Shown piece after piece: positions 45,153 through 56,818 of a stretch of 64,000 nucleotides of DNA. Every line of letters starts with the position of its first letter. The first letter of the stretch is position 1. The notes under the pieces were generated by a model. It was not told where the DNA came from, did not search any database, and saw nothing but the letters and a program-made list of their open reading frames with translations. This DNA is from Takakia lepidozioides (Eukaryota; Plantae; Bryophyta). The stretch covers positions 63,426,001-63,490,000 of the forward strand of contig CM060731.1 in assembly GCA_030704615.1 (NCBI GenBank). The letters run 5' to 3'. A program made the translations under genes and the position numbers.

Positions 45153-46183
45153 ACAGTAATCTACCAACTGAAGAAGCTAACATCCTGTTAAGGGAAATTA
45201 CCTCTCTGCTGACTGGGGATGATCTCTTCATTGGCATTTCATGTATGAAAGCAATTTCTTGGTTAAGGAAGTCAACACACCCCTTGAAAGATTGCCCTGG
45301 AATTTATTATGTCTATCCTCTCCTTGGTGTCTTGCTAATAACAGATCAGTGATAATTGACCAAACCACATGTCTTCTGCATCACCTGTGCTGCTGGAGTT
45401 GGTCCACCGGTTCACTGTCTGAGCATGTGCTTGTGTTCTTCAACCCTTAACATTTCAAGGCATTGATCAGCACAAATTCTGCAGCGTGTTCAACAAATGT
45501 GTTTGAGTCTTCTACAAAGCAAAATCAAGCCACATCTTGGTGCCAGGGCCCTTCACGATTCTTTACAGAACCTCTCTTTGCAGAAACTGATTAATCTACA
45601 TCAGCTCAGCTTGTATCAAATTTCTTTCGAAATCAGGAGTTTGTTGAACTTGCAGTGGATCGCCGATACAGCAAGACCGCAACTCCCTCAAATGTCCATA
45701 TCTTGTGTTCAGGATTGCAGAGAGAGTGCGAGACGAGCTACATTAATAACGCGCACCCTCTCCCTAATTACCACAGACATCACTGGACCGTCATAAAGGC
45801 AGCCCGCCATAACTCTCCTGGCCTGCACTTTCGCTTTCTTGAGCAGGCAAGCCCAGTGGAGGCTGTTTGTGCTTAACCAGCCTGATCCTGAGTTCAATGT
45901 TCAATCCGTAACCATGGGCTGGCGTCCTCTTCTGTTGGATGCACCACAAGACATTTGGAAAGGCAGAGTAGCTCAAGTCTGAGGACAGCTGCCATTCTCG
46001 AGCTTGCGTCTCAAATGGAGCGTACGTGAGCTGCCGGCTGTCAATGCAAAATTTCGTAGGTAGTACGGTTGGTTTTGTCAGTCTGGCAGCGTAGGATAAG
46101 CAATGCAGCTTAAGAAGGAATGAGGTGGAGCTTCAAAGAGTCTGCAGCGAGAGAGATTGTTGCGACGCCAGGCGACAGCCGAA

Positions 46184-49100
46184 ATGGCCGATGCCGTGGA
46201 TGTGGATGTGTCGAATGCAGAGCAGAAAGAACAGGATCAAATGGAGCGGGAGGATGGAGGCATCCAAGATCCCGGACTTGAAGGAAGTTTGCAAGGATCT
46301 ACTGCTCCCGGTGAAAATGGCTCCACGGCTGATGAAAGTATGTACACTGCACTCCTTAGGTTCAGATTTGGCCCGCAGGATTATGGCCTTGGTTTTCCTT
46401 CTAGCCTATCGGTATACGAAGCACTTGGGAAGTTGGGATCAACCATAGCATAACTCAAGGTTATGTGAAGGCGCTGCAATTCTGGTAGCTCGTTCAGTAC
46501 TTAGCAAATTTGCATAATCAGCTAAGATAGCTTTCAACCTGTTGAAATGACACAAGACTGGATTGGAAGCTGGAACTCTGATGAAGGGATTTGTAGACTC
46601 TTGGATGTGCGTGCTTGCGCTTCCATAGACTGGTGTGTGTGAGGAGAGAGATAGGAAAGAAAGAAAGAGTTTCTCACTTGCGCAGGAGAGAAGCTGTGTT
46701 TTGCCGAATCCAAGGGAATGCAATTAAGTGCACAGCTATACTTTCGATATTTTCACTGGTGAACATTTGTTTATTGAGCATTGCCCCAAATTGTTCTCGT
46801 TGTTTCTGCAGCAATGCCTAGGGGACAAGGCTTGCCTTTGAAAGTTCTCAGAGGGTGGAACCAGCTTAATATCAAAACAAAGCAGATGGTGCCCCTCACT
46901 GAACTTTCCTTTCTGGCTTGCTGTTTGACACCAGACCATGTCCTAACTTTGCAGCTATCTAGCGCCTGGATCTGTCTGAGGAGATTAAGGGCCCCTAGTG
47001 TCCCTCCCAAATTAGGCTCCTCACAAGTTCACTTACAGCTATGTAGCCAGTGTCTGATAGTGAGAAGGTTATTCCAAGATTGTTCCTGGAGGGTCAGTTC
47101 TTAGACCGAGGTCTCTTAGTTTTGTGGAAGGATCAAGTATATGTCCTATTTTTCTGACTATTGACAGCCCATGAAGAATTCAGCAAAGGTGGACGGCAAG
47201 TCAGTCACTTCTCTTGAGTTGATGTCAGCTCTCTCCTTTTTTGCAGAAACAGTTGCTGTGGCCGGGGAAGATGAGAAATTGTTGCAGCAGATGAGGACAT
47301 CCATTGCAGAGCTTGATCCCCTTTCCAAGGTCATTTTATATGTCTTTTCCTTTTAGATGGAGAGTATAGGATAAGTGTCACGATTGCAGAGGATAGATTT
47401 CAAAATTTGTGCAGTGGTTTGCTTTCAATCCGTGCTTCCCATTGGAATCACTCTTGGTAGAATTGCAGACTCTAAATGGAAGCCATTTCGCATGTGCTAT
47501 TGCAAAGTGACTAATGCAGGATGTAGATGATGCAACACTGAGGCGGTTTCTGAGGGCTCGGTCAAGGAAGGTGGACAAAGCAGTCAAAATGTTTGTCAGT
47601 CATCAGAGATGGCGGCGCTCATTTGTGCCACTTGGCTACATTCCAGAAGAACAGGTAACCTGAATAGGAATCTACCACTTAAACAACACAACAATAGCAC
47701 ATTTGTGAAGGAAGTGGTCGAACATACTAGCTGGGCTAAGATCATTTGTTTGAAGTGTAACCACTAGATCAATAATGTTCCTGCCAATCCTTGGAAAATA
47801 GACCCAAGTACAGATGTGTAGTCCTGACAAGTTGTATGGGTGCAACAAATGTCCCCTAGCAAGTTCCCTTTGATGAGTCTTCTTCTCACTAAAATAGCGC
47901 TAATGAAAAGCCTCCCAGATCTGTCTTGAAGGCCATTTTGTGGTTAAATTAATTCATTCAGCTTCCAGATTTGAGCTGATCACCATACACTCAATTTGCA
48001 GCAGAAATTATGTAAAGACCCTTTTGGGACCCACTCTAACACTTGAATGCTGAAACCAGAGAATGTACAAAGTTGGCTGTCTCCACAGGGGGACAAGTCC
48101 ATGTGTACCTGACAATGCAGTCCCACTCAAATGCTTGGAGTGTCCTCATTATTATCAAACCGCCGAAACTTATGATCTCATGTCCTTGGGTGTGCAGGTA
48201 AAGAATGAGTTGGAAGCTAAGAAAGTGTATGTGCAAGGGTATGACAAGACAGGGAAATCCATAGGGGTCATTATGGCAGCTAAACATGATGCCTACAAGC
48301 GCAACTTGGATGAGTTCAAAAGTATGTTCAAAGCTTTCCTTCTGGACTTTAGTTTCCTTTCCTTTCGTTGACTGTTTTAGAGCACAATATTCCCTGTAAT
48401 TGTGGCAAAATTCTCACATTCAAAACTGCATGTATTGAGCTGAGTGCACTGGGGGTTTGGCAGGTTATATCGTGTTCAACTTTGACAAGATAATTGCCAG
48501 GTGGGCTCTATCTGCGTCATGAGGTGGTCTTTTTCCAAAGAAACATGTCTGTACATGCTGTCCTGTTCTTTCAACAGTCTTTTAGAGTAGTTTGGGTTTT
48601 TGCCCACTCTCCATGATACTCTACATTGGTTTAGAAGTGTTTTGGATCTTGGGACTGGCAGCCACTTGCATATCCGAATATTTCAATCCATCAAGGACAG
48701 CAAGTATGCGCTGCCGTTGCTTATACTTGGGTGAATGAGCAGCGCCAGGCCAGGAGAGGAGAAGTTTACTGTCATCCTGGACCTCCAAAGCTTGAAATAT
48801 AGAAACCTCGACCCTCGTGGCTGGATCTCGATTTTCGACTTTTTGCAGGTTTGGATTTAAATTTTGTTTAGTCTGGCTGGCTGTATCTCTCATCCACTCA
48901 AAGTGAATTAGAGATGATGATGGCATGTGAGTACTCGACATGTTCTTCTTCTTCTTCGTCCATGGATTGGCGCGAGACAGTCACCAAGTCTGTACTGCAA
49001 TTCTCAGTTTACAGCTTCAAGATGAATCCATGTTCGTTGTTTTGTTTGAATACGTGTGTATTTTGTCCTAGCTTCTTTTTCTTGTCCGTGATTTTCTTTT

Positions 49101-50717
49101 CTTTGCTGTTAGTTTCTAGTTTTAGCTTGATGAGATTGTTCATTGGTAACTGATGTCTTGAGTTCAATGATTTATAGATGCTTTCAATCTGAACTTTCTT
49201 CTGATATCCCTCTTTACTGTGGATCAGATCTTGTCAGTACTTCTTTTTTACTATCTTTAATTGTAAGTATGGAGATATCTCGATACTTATAAGGGTATCT
49301 CTTCAGGACCAATAATTGCTATGCACTTTGCAGATGGGCATGTGGAAGAGAGATGCTGGCTTGTAATTTTATGCTGACTTCCAATTATTCACCTCCTCTT
49401 TTTAGGGGATCTGCCATCATCTGACCATGCTTTGCTTTCAGCAGTATGGGCCTTAGTGCCACAAAATCTGATCCTGATGAAATACTTTAAAGGTCTGCAG
49501 ACCCAAGCGGTTGTGATAGCCAATTTCGTGTGGATGTAGACAAGGTTTGAGATGACTGTTTCTCTTCCAGTGTGTAGTTTGGCATTTTACTCCAGCAGAG
49601 CAAATCTGTGAAGAGTAGGCAACGCCACTTAGCAAGATGAAGTTTCTTGTGTTGCCTAGAACCTGGAGCATAATGGGAAACTGTTTGTGGCAGGCACACT
49701 TCCCAGAGCGGCTGGGAAGACTGTTCATTGTGCACGTGCCCTACATATTCCATGGTGCATGGAAGCTGGTGACTCCCTTCATTGACAAGGCCACCAAGGC
49801 CAAGGTATTTCAGCTTGACCTGTCCTCATGATAGGTTGAAGTTTTTTATTAGTAGCCAGACACCTTTACTTGCCCAACATTTTGTCACATCTGTTTCCAG
49901 CTCCATAGGTGTAGTAGCAGAGCGGGAAACAAACTCCTTTCTGGTATGAAGCCCATACCAGCGCTACAATTCTCAATTCCTTGTAGCCAGAGTGCCTTGG
50001 CTGTGCGTTAGGCCTAGTTCAGGTTTTCTCGTGTATCCGATGTCAACTCAATCCAGGCTGGTTAGTTATTCCTTAAAGAGTATATTGTCATAGCAGGAAA
50101 TCGGCAATGGCTACGTCTTCTGATATAACATAGTTTTGCTGTCCAAAGCTCAATTCCTTATAGCCAGATTGTCGTGGCAGTGCACTGAGTGTCTTGTTCA
50201 GGTTGTCTCATATATCCTAATCTCAATCCAGTTGTATAGCATGGGGACAATGCCCTAAGTGTATATTGTTATATAGCCAACATCTGCAGGAAGTGCTAGG
50301 TAATTTTGCTGCATGTTGTCATAGCCAACATCTGCAGGAAATGGCAATGGCTACATCTGCTAATCTGAGAGTCGTGCTGTCCAAAGTTATTATTGCTATG
50401 TAATTTTGCTGTCCCAAGTTCCCAGTGCTGTGCTGAATTAGTGGTCACCAAGCTTCAGTATGATGTCTCCAAAAGGCCATTTCAACTTTATGAGTTCAAA
50501 ATTTGCTTCAATACACATTCCATGATACAGTGTTTGCTGGCAGATAATGTTTGTAGATAACCAGGCACTGGAGACAACTCTGTTGAAGGAAATAGACAGG
50601 GATCAACTCCCAGATATTTATGGTGGTACATTAGCACTGGTGCCAATTCAAGATACCCCCACCCCAAATTGGCCTTGCGAAAATGCTGAGTCTACTGCTA
50701 CTCCAGCAGATGCTTGA
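46184..50717 (+). CDS. CRAL-TRIO / Sec14-like lipid-binding protein, paralog 2
   Basis: Exons 46184-46337, 47247-47329, 47520-47654, 48198-48321, 48464-48500, 48743-48848, 49694-49804 and 50544-50717. Motifs DDATLRRFLRAR, GYDKTGKSI, HFPERLG, LPDIYGG. Confidence 0.88.
49970..50390. repeat. Diverged ~180-bp tandem duplication in the last intron of CRAL-TRIO paralog 2
   Basis: ctcaattcctt.tagccaga...ttcaggtt...tcaatccag...gcaggaaat.ggcaatggctac occurs twice; atagccaacatctgcaggaa occurs twice. Confidence 0.75.
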
Positions 50718-51089
50718 ACTGTATCTTCTTGCTGCTTCATTCATTATCAGTAGGTAATCTTACCAGCACAGGCTACAAATTCCATCGCGCTATTTGTCTA
50801 TCTTTGCTGCCCTGAAGCTTTTCTGGGGTATTGCACTGTTTAGTTATTTGAAAGTCCATTGTAAGATGCTTATGATACATGCCAAGGTCATGGGTTCTCT
50901 CTTGTGTATGCTTCAAACTAAGGCAAACATTTTTTAAGATTGTTGGTTTACTAGATCTTAGGAATGACAACTTTTAACTAAAAATATATAACTAATCCTG
51001 GAGAACGTCACATCCAAGAGTGATCTTCTATCTCCCATAGCCATGTTCGAGTATAAGGAGGTTCAACTTGGTACAATGCATTGTCTCAA

Positions 51090-51700
51090 TTTAGAATGTG
51101 GATTTTGAGTTGTGGATGTGCCATTTCAAGTGTTATAATCCCCGCTGTGCGTCCTCCACATGGAAGCTTTCTTGCTGCATGATTGTACATACCAGTGTTG
51201 GGTGGGCGGTATGCAGGGTCCAGCTGGTTATCATTAAAGGACCGACCCAGCTGGCACGTATTTGTAATACTAGGGTCAAGAATTGGACCTCGGTATTGGC
51301 ACTTCCACTTCCTAGATCGGATCAACACCCTACCTCTATTGTACCCTAGCAATATTCATAGTAGGAGCAAATTAGCACGGAGGACACTAGGAGTAAGGTA
51401 AAGAACTTAATCCACTCGTGTGCCATCTGAAGGTACTTTCGCCAGAATCCAGCACCTCAGGGGTACAAAGAGTGTAACTCCACTCGGTTGAACTCACACT
51501 TGGTCTCGACATTTGACCAAGTATTAAATGGACTAAGAGAAGTTACACAAGCCACTACTTCGGGGTTACACAGGCTGGGGTGACAGTACCAAGGCTTACA
51601 ATAGCCCCCCATCAAGATTCGAACCTACCCTCAAGGATCAAGAATTGAACCCTCGCCGCCTATGCTGCAATCGCTTTACCCACGCGCCGCATAACACCCA
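51090..51700 (-). mobile_element. Candidate tRNA-headed SINE; the 3' limit is uncertain
   Basis: Minus strand from about 51699: gcggcgcgtgggtaaagc (box A-like) followed by gggttcaattc and ggttcgaatc (box B-like). Confidence 0.4.
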
Positions 51701-54289
51701 GTTGGATTCTTAAGTTTTTAATAGTGAAACCGAGCTAAGAGGGGTGGGGAGGATTTGACAGGGGCCCTGCGGCACACCCGGTCATGTAACCCACTCTAAC
51801 CCCCCAAGTGGAGTTACACTCCCCATCGTGTAACCCTCTTTCACCCTGACTAGAGTTACCTCCCTTCAGTTCCATGTCACTCTCAAGCGAGGGTGGGGAG
51901 GAGTTGCCATAATAATAATAATATAGAAGTCTCCCCCGAAGGGAGCGTAAATTTGGTGTCTCTTCACCACAAGGGCTACTGCCTTCCAGCTGAAAGGTGC
52001 ACACCTTCATGACATCAAACCGTGGTTTGACAACCACATCCAATGCGGCATGTGCCCATTACCACTGGGCTACATGCTGGTTGTCAAGAGTTGCCTCTTC
52101 TGCCACATCATGGTTTTTGCTTCTAAGTTGCCCAAACTGACAGAAAATAACCAAAAGCAACATAACCTCCTGCACGAACATGAATCATCACCTTCTACAC
52201 AAGGTTTCCGTTTCTTTCTTGATCTATGTCATTGCAAACCCTCTCTCCCAATCGCACCCAGATCCCAAGCTCTTCATAAGCTCTTAATCCATTTTCTGAG
52301 GTTCATTAACCCGAGGAGTATGAATGAAGGCCAATTACTAAGGTTCATTACCGGTACTTCCTCCTTGACGTGTGTTTGTAAAATGGAAACAACACTATCC
52401 AAAACTTCTGTCATAATGCTAGTTTAAGGCATTTGTGTAGAAGGATCAAAGCTTTGTAAACAGCTGAAGAGTATTTTATTTTGCAAATCTCTGATTTTGT
52501 TGCACGCTTGTGTCTCTCAACTTAATCTTCCCATCTTCCATCCTCAAAACCCTTTCATTTGAGTAAGCACTTAGCAACTTCTTCTATTGCTTTTTTATAT
52601 GACAAGGGAAGGCAAAAGTAAAATAATCATACATCAGAAAGCTTTGTAAAAGCCATGGATGTATCAGCATGGTTGAGGTCCTTGATGTGGGAGACAACAA
52701 CTTCATTAATGAACCTCTACCAGACTAAGATGGTACTTTTTTTTTATCAATGTCCGAACACCCTTTATACAGCAAAGGATTGCTGAGATTGAGGGGGGGT
52801 TAGCACTCTACCATGCATGCATTGACGTACACCCTAAACCATTAAAAAAAATACTCACTCCTAAGTTGATTAATGAAAATTTGTCCTTTGAGCCCATGGC
52901 TCAACTAGCACATTCTGGACATGACAATTAAAAAAGCCTTGTGACTTTGTGGGGTATTTTGTCTTTTAGCCCCTCAGCAAAAGTAAAAACAGAAATGATT
53001 TATCCGTTTTGAACCGGGATCACAACAACCTTGTGACAATGATCCACAAGGTTGAGAGGGGAAACTATTTGCAGAAAAGTAAGAGTAATGTCATTGATAT
53101 GTAATTTACTCATTTGTAGTAATCAAGTTTTGTGCTGCCACGTCTTACTACCGCTAGTTCTGGTGGATATGATGCACAGAGACTCGATTCGAAATTTATC
53201 AGCACGAAATTATGTGCTTGTTTAACTCTCCATATTATATTCTTATATGATTAGGTTGGACAATACGCATTTACTGATTGTGGACAAACAGTACACAAAC
53301 AGTAAAAAGTAGAGGGTGTAAAAAGTATCCAAGGTGAAATTATGAAGGAATTTAATTGCACATTGAGAAGGCCATTCCCATTTAGCCATACAAATCTCCA
53401 GAAAAGGTGAGACTAATGATTGTGGGTCCGGTGCAAAGTGTAAGATTTTAATTCTAGCAGTATGGTATCTGAATATGAGCACTTGGAAAAGAGATCCTTG
53501 AAATCGCGCTCTCACAAATCCACACAACTCATATATGATTCTAATTCATGGGGTCGCCGAGCGCACTAGTGAGTTGCAACACATTCAAATAATGATCATG
53601 AGAATCAAAGTAAGTCAGTTTGTTATCGCATTCACACACCGTTGATTTGTTATAGCTGAAGTATAAGAATAGATTATAAATCTGATGTGCAATAAAGTAC
53701 TTAATGTCAACCATTGCAAGTGAACACAATAACACAATAAATTGAACAAGAGTTTTAGAAAATAGTTTTATGTGATCTGGAACGATCCCTAAAGGATCAT
53801 TCTGCCTTGGAAGCAGGGGCGAGGTCGGGAGGCCGAGACATAGCTGACGAGGTGGACAGATTCCCACAGGGATCGTTCCTCGGCGTTAAGGGCGAGTTGA
53901 TGTAGATCTGGCCTTTCAATCTTGAAATGTGGCGACATCTTCTACACAAAATCTATATTATAGAATAGGTAGGCCATAATATCGAGTAGGCAGGCATGGA
54001 AGTGTGAGTTCAGGGAAGCTACACCATGAGCCTGCGCACGTGAGCCTATGAGCCCATGCTCACGATTGACCAAGCTTGGGCTCGTAAGCCCAAGCTCACA
54101 CTTAGTGGGTCAAATGTGAGCTTGGGCGTCACGCTTAGTGGTCGTGAGCGCATAATGGTGCGGTATCAGAAATGGGGCCTATATCCGAGAATAAATGCAG
54201 CCTATTCCCACGAGAATACCAGCAGTGTCATTTGGAAAATTGGAATCGTATAGGTGCATTCATTATGTGCCTGTAATCAGGTGTGATGA

Positions 54290-54958
54290 TTTATGTGGGC
54301 GTTGACGACCACATAATTCCTAGACCTCACAAAGCATCATGTTGGAGTATGTTTTTGCAGTATGTTTTTATTATTTTTCGAAATAATTTGAAAATATTTT
54401 CTTTTTATTTTGTCATTGGAGGACTTGTGGGAGGTCCACGAATTATGTGGACGTCAACACCTACATAAGTCCTCACATTTTATGTTTAAAAAACAAATTT
54501 GAAAATTTTGGGTTTTTTTTTTTTTCTTGTCATTGGAGGCTTGCGAGAGGTCCATGAATTATGTGGGGATCAAAGCCCACATAGTTCTCACATTTTAGAT
54601 TAAAAAAATGTTTTTGAGAATTTTATTTTATTTTATTTATTTTTCGGTCATTGGAGGGCTTGCGGGAGGTCCACGAATTATGTGGGCGTTAACACCCACA
54701 TTTGTTTTTTTTTGTTTTTTTTTTTTGGGATCGTTGGAGGGCTTGCGGGAGATCCACGAATTATGTAGGCGTCAACACCCACATAAGGTTTTTTTTTTGT
54801 GGATGTCATTGGAGAATTTGCGGGAGGTCCATGAATTATGTGGGTGTCAATACCCCCATAAGTTCTCACATTATCTTTTTTTTTTAAATCATTTTATTGT
54901 GTTATTAGAGGACTTGCGGGAGGTCCATGAATTATGTGGGCGTCAACACCCACATAAG
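54290..54958. repeat. Array of seven ~57-bp hairpin-containing repeats (first copy inverted) separated by T-rich linkers
   Basis: Consensus tcattggaggrcttgcgggaggtccaygaattatgtgggcgtcaacacccacataag at about 54412, 54529, 54647, 54731, 54806 and 54901; reverse-complement copy at 54290. Confidence 0.9.
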
Positions 54959-55389
54959 AGGCAATGAAGGCAAAGTAATAGGACATCCAAAATCAACAGG
55001 ACACTATGTGCAGTATCTCATTGTTCGACAGTATAAACTCATCGTAGCTAAGAGTGTCCAAAGTTGAACTCACGTGAGCACAAACTCGGGTTTCGTCAGC
55101 AAATTTGGTTTTTTTTATTTTTTTATTTTTTTCCCTCAATCTCTTGTCCAAAATTGAACTCATGTATAGCACAAACTTGGTTTCGTCAGCAAAATTCGTT
55201 TTTGTGATTACATTTTTTTCGCTTGACAAACTGCTGTAACCGATGCGCTCATTCAATAGTGGGATAATGTTAGAGGACTGTCGGGGACTTAGACACTTAT
55301 ACGGGATCTGTAGGGTACCCTTAATTTTTGCACAGACTGAGACCAACAGGAGCCTTAGGGGTGACAGCAGCGCACTGCAGAGGGGGGTT

Positions 55390-55610
55390 ACACAGCCCGT
55401 CACAGTCGTCACAGCCGACACAGCCAACACAGCCGTCACAGTGGTCACAGCCGATACAGCCAACACAGCCCGTCACAGCCGACACAGCCGACACAGCCCG
55501 GCACAGCCACACAGCCAGTCACAGCCCGACACAGCCAAACACAGTCGCACAGCCAGTCACAGCCCGTCACAGTTTCACACAGCCAGTCACAGCTTGACAC
55601 AACTGTCACG
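55390..55610. repeat. CACAGCC-based minisatellite upstream of the gypsy ORFs
   Basis: More than 20 variants of (t/a)cacagcc. Confidence 0.9.
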
Positions 55611-56122
55611 ATCATAGGGAACGAAGAGTAGGACAGGGAACGACTGTGGGGAACAACACCTGCGAAGGGAACATGTTAGTTCACAAACACGGTTAGTGAG
55701 GGAAACGGTTAGAACCGCGGAAATGAAGATAAAGGGAGAAACGGGGAATTGAGGGGGGATTCGGAGGAGGACTTCTTGGTGATAGAGGAGAGGGGATCGG
55801 GCAGAGATGGAGAACGGAAGTGAAGATAGAGAGATGATGAGTAGATGCTTGATATATGCAAGGCTGTAATGATATTGTAGAGTAGATTAGAGTCACAATG
55901 GCTTCGGCCTGATACCTGATAAATCATAATCGGATACTTTTACGATACAATCACACTGTGTAGAGAGATCTGAGTGAAGCTGTGGAATGAATGGATGAGT
56001 TGATGGAATCCAATAGATTGATAAAGCAAACTGATACTTAATTATCAATGGTAAGATAGTTAACATGAATACCAAAAGGGAAACAAATAGGAAACACCCC
56101 CATGATACACTAGCTGTAGGTC

Positions 56123-56818
56123 ATGACTGATTGTTCTGCGCGGGCTGAGTACTTAGAGATTTCCAACTCTTCAATCTTGGAGTTTCCGCCTCGAATAGCG
56201 AAGGGATGGGTGAGTAAAAGCCGCGCAACATTTGGCGACCATACTGGGGACCTGGGACATGAACAACCAGATGTGACAGGCATCTGGTGGGATCATGGTG
56301 GTTGGACCATTAAAGAATTTGAAGTGAATCAAATTCCCTGTGGAACGAAGGAAGAAAGATTGTCCAAACAATTCTTTCAAAGGTTCTTGGAATTGCCAGA
56401 CGGTTGTAAAGAAAATATTCTTAAACGAGTGCATGATGCTGATCCAGAATGGGGTCTGGAGAAAGGAGTGATAAAGATTTATCAGGTAGCCTGTAAAGGA
56501 AGAGCACGTTGGTTACCAACATTGGTTTATGTGATAGCATTGCTATCCATTAAACGAGTAGAGTTTGAAGGCTGGGAAGAAAGAAAGGTGAATGTTTATA
56601 CTCATATGCATGAAGAGCTTGTACTGGTAAAGAATTGGATTCCAAAGGATATTTTGTGGATCAAACTCACACCAAGAACAGCTTTTCAGACTTGTTTGCC
56701 ATATGGTTATATGGTAACGGAGACTTCAAGTATAGCCAAGGGTGCATTGAAGCTTGAAAGAAACCCAGGCATATACGAGAGATATTACAGAAGAGAGTTT
56801 TGGTTATTGCCACATTAA
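56123..56818 (+). CDS. Extra ORF (231 aa, unknown function) immediately upstream of gypsy gag
   Basis: Uninterrupted ATG-to-TAA ORF with complex composition, on the gag strand, ending 21 nt before the gag ATG. No motif recognised. Confidence 0.55.
   Translation: MTDCSARAEYLEISNSSILEFPPRIAKGWVSKSRATFGDHTGDLGHEQPDVTGIWWDHGGWTIKEFEVNQIPCGTKEERLSKQFFQRFLELPDGCKENILKRVHDADPEWGLEKGVIKIYQVACKGRARWLPTLVYVIALLSIKRVEFEGWEERKVNVYTHMHEELVLVKNWIPKDILWIKLTPRTAFQTCLPYGYMVTETSSIAKGALKLERNPGIYERYYRREFWLLPH

Noticed and set aside
53243-53867. Ulp1-like protease or transposase remnant (YFDS, NDCG)
   Set aside because: The motifs lie on opposite strands and there is no coherent reading frame.
54290-54958. CRISPR array
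   Set aside because: Eukaryotic context and no cas genes. The repeats are long and variable, and the linkers are mutually related T-rich sequence rather than unique spacers.
54608-55617. Several 60-157 aa ORFs
   Set aside because: They are by-products of tandem repeats, giving repetitive low-complexity translations.
55268-56100. Definable 5' LTR with PBS for the gypsy element
   Set aside because: A TG start is present at 55268, but there is no matching 3' copy in the window and no convincing tRNA PBS.
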